DNA from: Octopus sinensis
Lineage: Eukaryota
Direction: 5' to 3'
Assembly: GCF_006345805.1 (NCBI RefSeq)
Contig: NC_043010.1
Span: 68,014,001-68,078,000 of the forward strand
Length of the DNA: 64,000 nt
Program-made: the position numbers and the translations under genes
The notes under the pieces: generated by a model
What the model was told of the DNA's origin: nothing
Databases searched by the model: none
The model's input: the letters and a program-made list of their open reading frames with translations, nothing else
Shown: piece by piece, positions 61,662 to 64,000 of the stretch
Layout: each line of letters opens with the position of its first letter
Numbering within the stretch: the stretch's first letter is position 1

Positions 61662-62100
61662 GTCATCATCATCATCATCTTTTAACGTCTGCTTTCCATG
61701 CAAGCATGGGTTGGACGATTTTGACTGAGGGCTGGCGAACCAGATGGCTGCACCAGGCTCCAATCTTGATCTGGCAGTGTTTCTACAGCTGGGTGCCCTT
61801 CCTAACGCCAACCACTCCGAGAGTTTAGTGGGTGCTTTTTATGTGCCACCGACACGGGGGTCAGTCAGGCGGTACTAGCAACAACCTCGCTCGAATCCTT
61901 TTACACATGCCACTGGCACAGGTGCCAGTAAGATGATGTTGGTAACGATCACACTCGAGTGCCTTTTACGTGCCACCAGCCTGGAAGCCAGTTAGCCGCT
62001 CTGGCAATGATCACGCTCAGATGGTGCTCTTCGCACCCTACTAGCACGGGCACAAATGCCAGTAAGGCAATGCTGGTAACAATCACACTTGAATGGTGCC
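61662..62100 (-). mobile_element. SINE family D, long copy
   Basis: (ATC)n then 'ttttaacgtctgctttccatgcaagcatggg...ctacagctgggtgcccttcctaacgccaacc...'. Confidence 0.85.
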
Positions 62101-62193
62101 TTTAAATTCTTCATTATTTTCAAAATTAATTGAAACAGAAGCAGTATAATACTTTAACATGAATGATATAACAAAAGGGTTAACCTTGTTTAA

Positions 62194-62603
62194 TCTTTTA
62201 GCATTCAACTTATTCTGTCAAGGGTAATGCTCATTTTGAATTAATCATGCATTATCTTGGGACTTTGAGATTTTGATGATGTAGTTGCTCATTTTCAGAA
62301 TGATTTTGTAGGGTAAGGGAAAGAGGTCGAATCTGGCCCGTTTGAACATAAAACAGTTAGAATGTTTGGGTTGGATATGGCCTGTTTAACCCTTTCCCTA
62401 GTGTATTTATTTTGAGATGCTCTCTGTTTCTTTCAATTACTTTAAATATAACAAAAAATTTAGTAAAATAATTTAGTTATCATTAAGCTAGTGTTAGGAA
62501 CATAAAATGTGACTAAGGTTTGGTGGAAGATTTTAATTCAAAACTTATGAAAACAGAGCCGATTTCAGCCGGGTTGGTAACTAAAGGGTTAAATCGTAAA
62601 GTG
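62194..62603. mobile_element. Nested piggyBac-like MITEs: type 1 (62390-62588) inside type 2
   Basis: Inner element is flanked by TTAA (62386-89 and 62589-92); removing it restores the type 2 end 'cctgtttaaatcgtaaagtg|ttaa'. Confidence 0.8.
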
Positions 62604-63371
62604 TTAAGGACTTTTGTTTCTCTGCACTAACCATGCACTACTTCAATCTGAACCCACTTTACCAGGGTTATATTCCCTCTTTACTCTCTCCACAAAAAAA
62701 AAAAAAAATTCACTTTTCTCAGTCTTGTCCTCTACAATTTTCTTACATGGCCATGTGTTTTTTTCTGTAGGCATCAACCAACATAATATTTCACAAAGAT
62801 CATAGACTGTCTTCTTGATCTTCTGACTTTTGAAAAAAAAAAATCAAAAGTGGCAGTGGGAGGATATCTGTCTATGTGCAACTCCAGTTGTGTGTATGTG
62901 GGGGTTTATGATTTCTTTTTCTTTTGTTATTCCTGCCTCACGTGCTTCATAATAATCAAAATGCTAACCCAAAATATATCAAATGAGCAAGCAAGTAAAA
63001 ACAAGGCAAACCATGGGATGTTGTTATACACATTGTTCATTCATAAACTGGTCACAAGATGTGAAAGCAGTTTGAGATTTTGTTGCAAATGAGGTTTGTG
63101 ATGTGTAAATGGGTTGATAAACCAAGGCATGAAAAAAAAAGTCCTCAAAACTCCACTGACTGTCATTCATGATTTCAAGAAAGAAAGAAACCAGGAGGAT
63201 ATTATCTTTTTTATCTTTCACCCTGTTCAGTCATTAGACAGAAGCTATGTTGTGTGTGGCACACTCCTGTTAAGGGTTTTGGTCAAACAAATCAACCTTG
63301 GTTTCTTTTGCCAAACTGCTGAGTTACAGAGATGTAAACAAACCAGCACTGGTTGTCAAGTGGTGGCAGCG

Positions 63372-63718
63372 ACATGCACACACTCATGCATGCACTTATG
63401 CACACACTCACTCATGCACACACTCATTCATGCACACAGTCATTCATACACTCACACATGCACACCCTCCCACACACACGTGCACACTCACATACTCATA
63501 CTCACACTATCACTCACGTACACACTCATTCACACACTCATTCACACACTCACTCACGCACACACTCACGTGCACACTCACATACTCATACTCATGCACA
63601 CACTCACACACTCATGCATACACTCACACCCACTCATGCACACTCACACTCCTGCACACAAGTACACACCCACTCACTCACTCACACACACACACACACA
63701 CACACACACATTCACTCA
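63372..63718. repeat. Degenerate (CA)n/(CACT)n tract inside a minus-strand SINE A (about 63215-63875)
   Basis: SINE A 3'-half motifs to the left, head motifs to the right. Confidence 0.88.
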
Positions 63719-63898
63719 CCCTCCCGATGGGCTTCTACACAATTTCTGTCTACCAAATTCAGTGACAGAGCATTGGTCAATCCAGAGCTGTAGTAGACGA
63801 CACTGGTTCAACGTGCCACACTGTGAGACTGGAGACCACATTGTTACAAAGTCAGTCTCTTAACCACATAGTCATGCCTGTGCCAATAAAATTGAAAC

Positions 63899-63970
63899 TT
63901 CTTTGGTAGGGGATTGAACCCGGGCCTCCTGCATGACAAGTGTGGATACTTACCACTATACCACCAAGGA
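63899..63970 (-). pseudogene. tRNA-Asp(GTC) pseudogene
   Basis: Minus strand TCCTTGGTGGTATAGTGGTAAGTATCCACACTTGTCATGCAGGAGGCCCGGGTTCAATCCCCTACCAAAGAA aligns to eukaryotic tRNA-Asp with anticodon GTC and intact A and B boxes. Anticodon stem (CACAC/GCAGG) and T stem are broken. A TTTT run follows within about 15 nt. Confidence 0.8.
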
Positions 63971-64000
63971 ATTAGCATGAATTAAATAATTTACAGAAAT

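Noticed and set aside
1849-63793. Numerous 60-250 aa ORFs rich in VCVY, HTHT, LSLS or IIII (for example 7773-8444, 9534-10292, 30325-30921, 63114-63863)
   Set aside because: They are translations of (TG)n, (CA)n, (CT)n and (AAT)n microsatellites that lack stop codons by composition; no domain motifs or splice context.

Overview
Repeat-dense, AT-rich animal genomic DNA with no recognisable host protein-coding exon. The long ORFs in the track are microsatellite or minisatellite translations, or transposon relics. The tRNA-derived SINE families and the (AAT)n, (CA)n and (TA)n load match what I recall of octopus (coleoid cephalopod) genomes; this species call is inference, not a search result. 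The window holds dozens of SINE copies from about five families (my labels A-E), CR1- and RTE-clade LINE 3' fragments, hAT, piggyBac and mariner MITEs with target-site duplications, a non-autonomous Helitron, an internally deleted hAT element with a dead transposase, and a decayed tRNA-Asp(GTC). Three observations stand out. (1) Two plus-strand sites 56 kb apart (5121/5122 and 61258/61259) have a branch point and polypyrimidine 3' splice site directly followed by GTAAGT. Each also has a downstream donor defining a short exon closed in all three frames, the architecture of recursive-splicing ratchet points. (2) A perfect 186-bp inverted repeat (48815-49209) carries a minimal type I hammerhead ribozyme in each arm, Penelope-like; a second decayed hammerhead lies at 30538-30572. 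(3) A roughly 16-kb CpG-retaining domain (about 44.6-60.5 kb) sits in otherwise CpG-depleted DNA and contains clustered CRE, E-box and AP-1 motifs. All coordinates were read by hand. Repeat boundaries are approximate unless a TSD or TIR is quoted.
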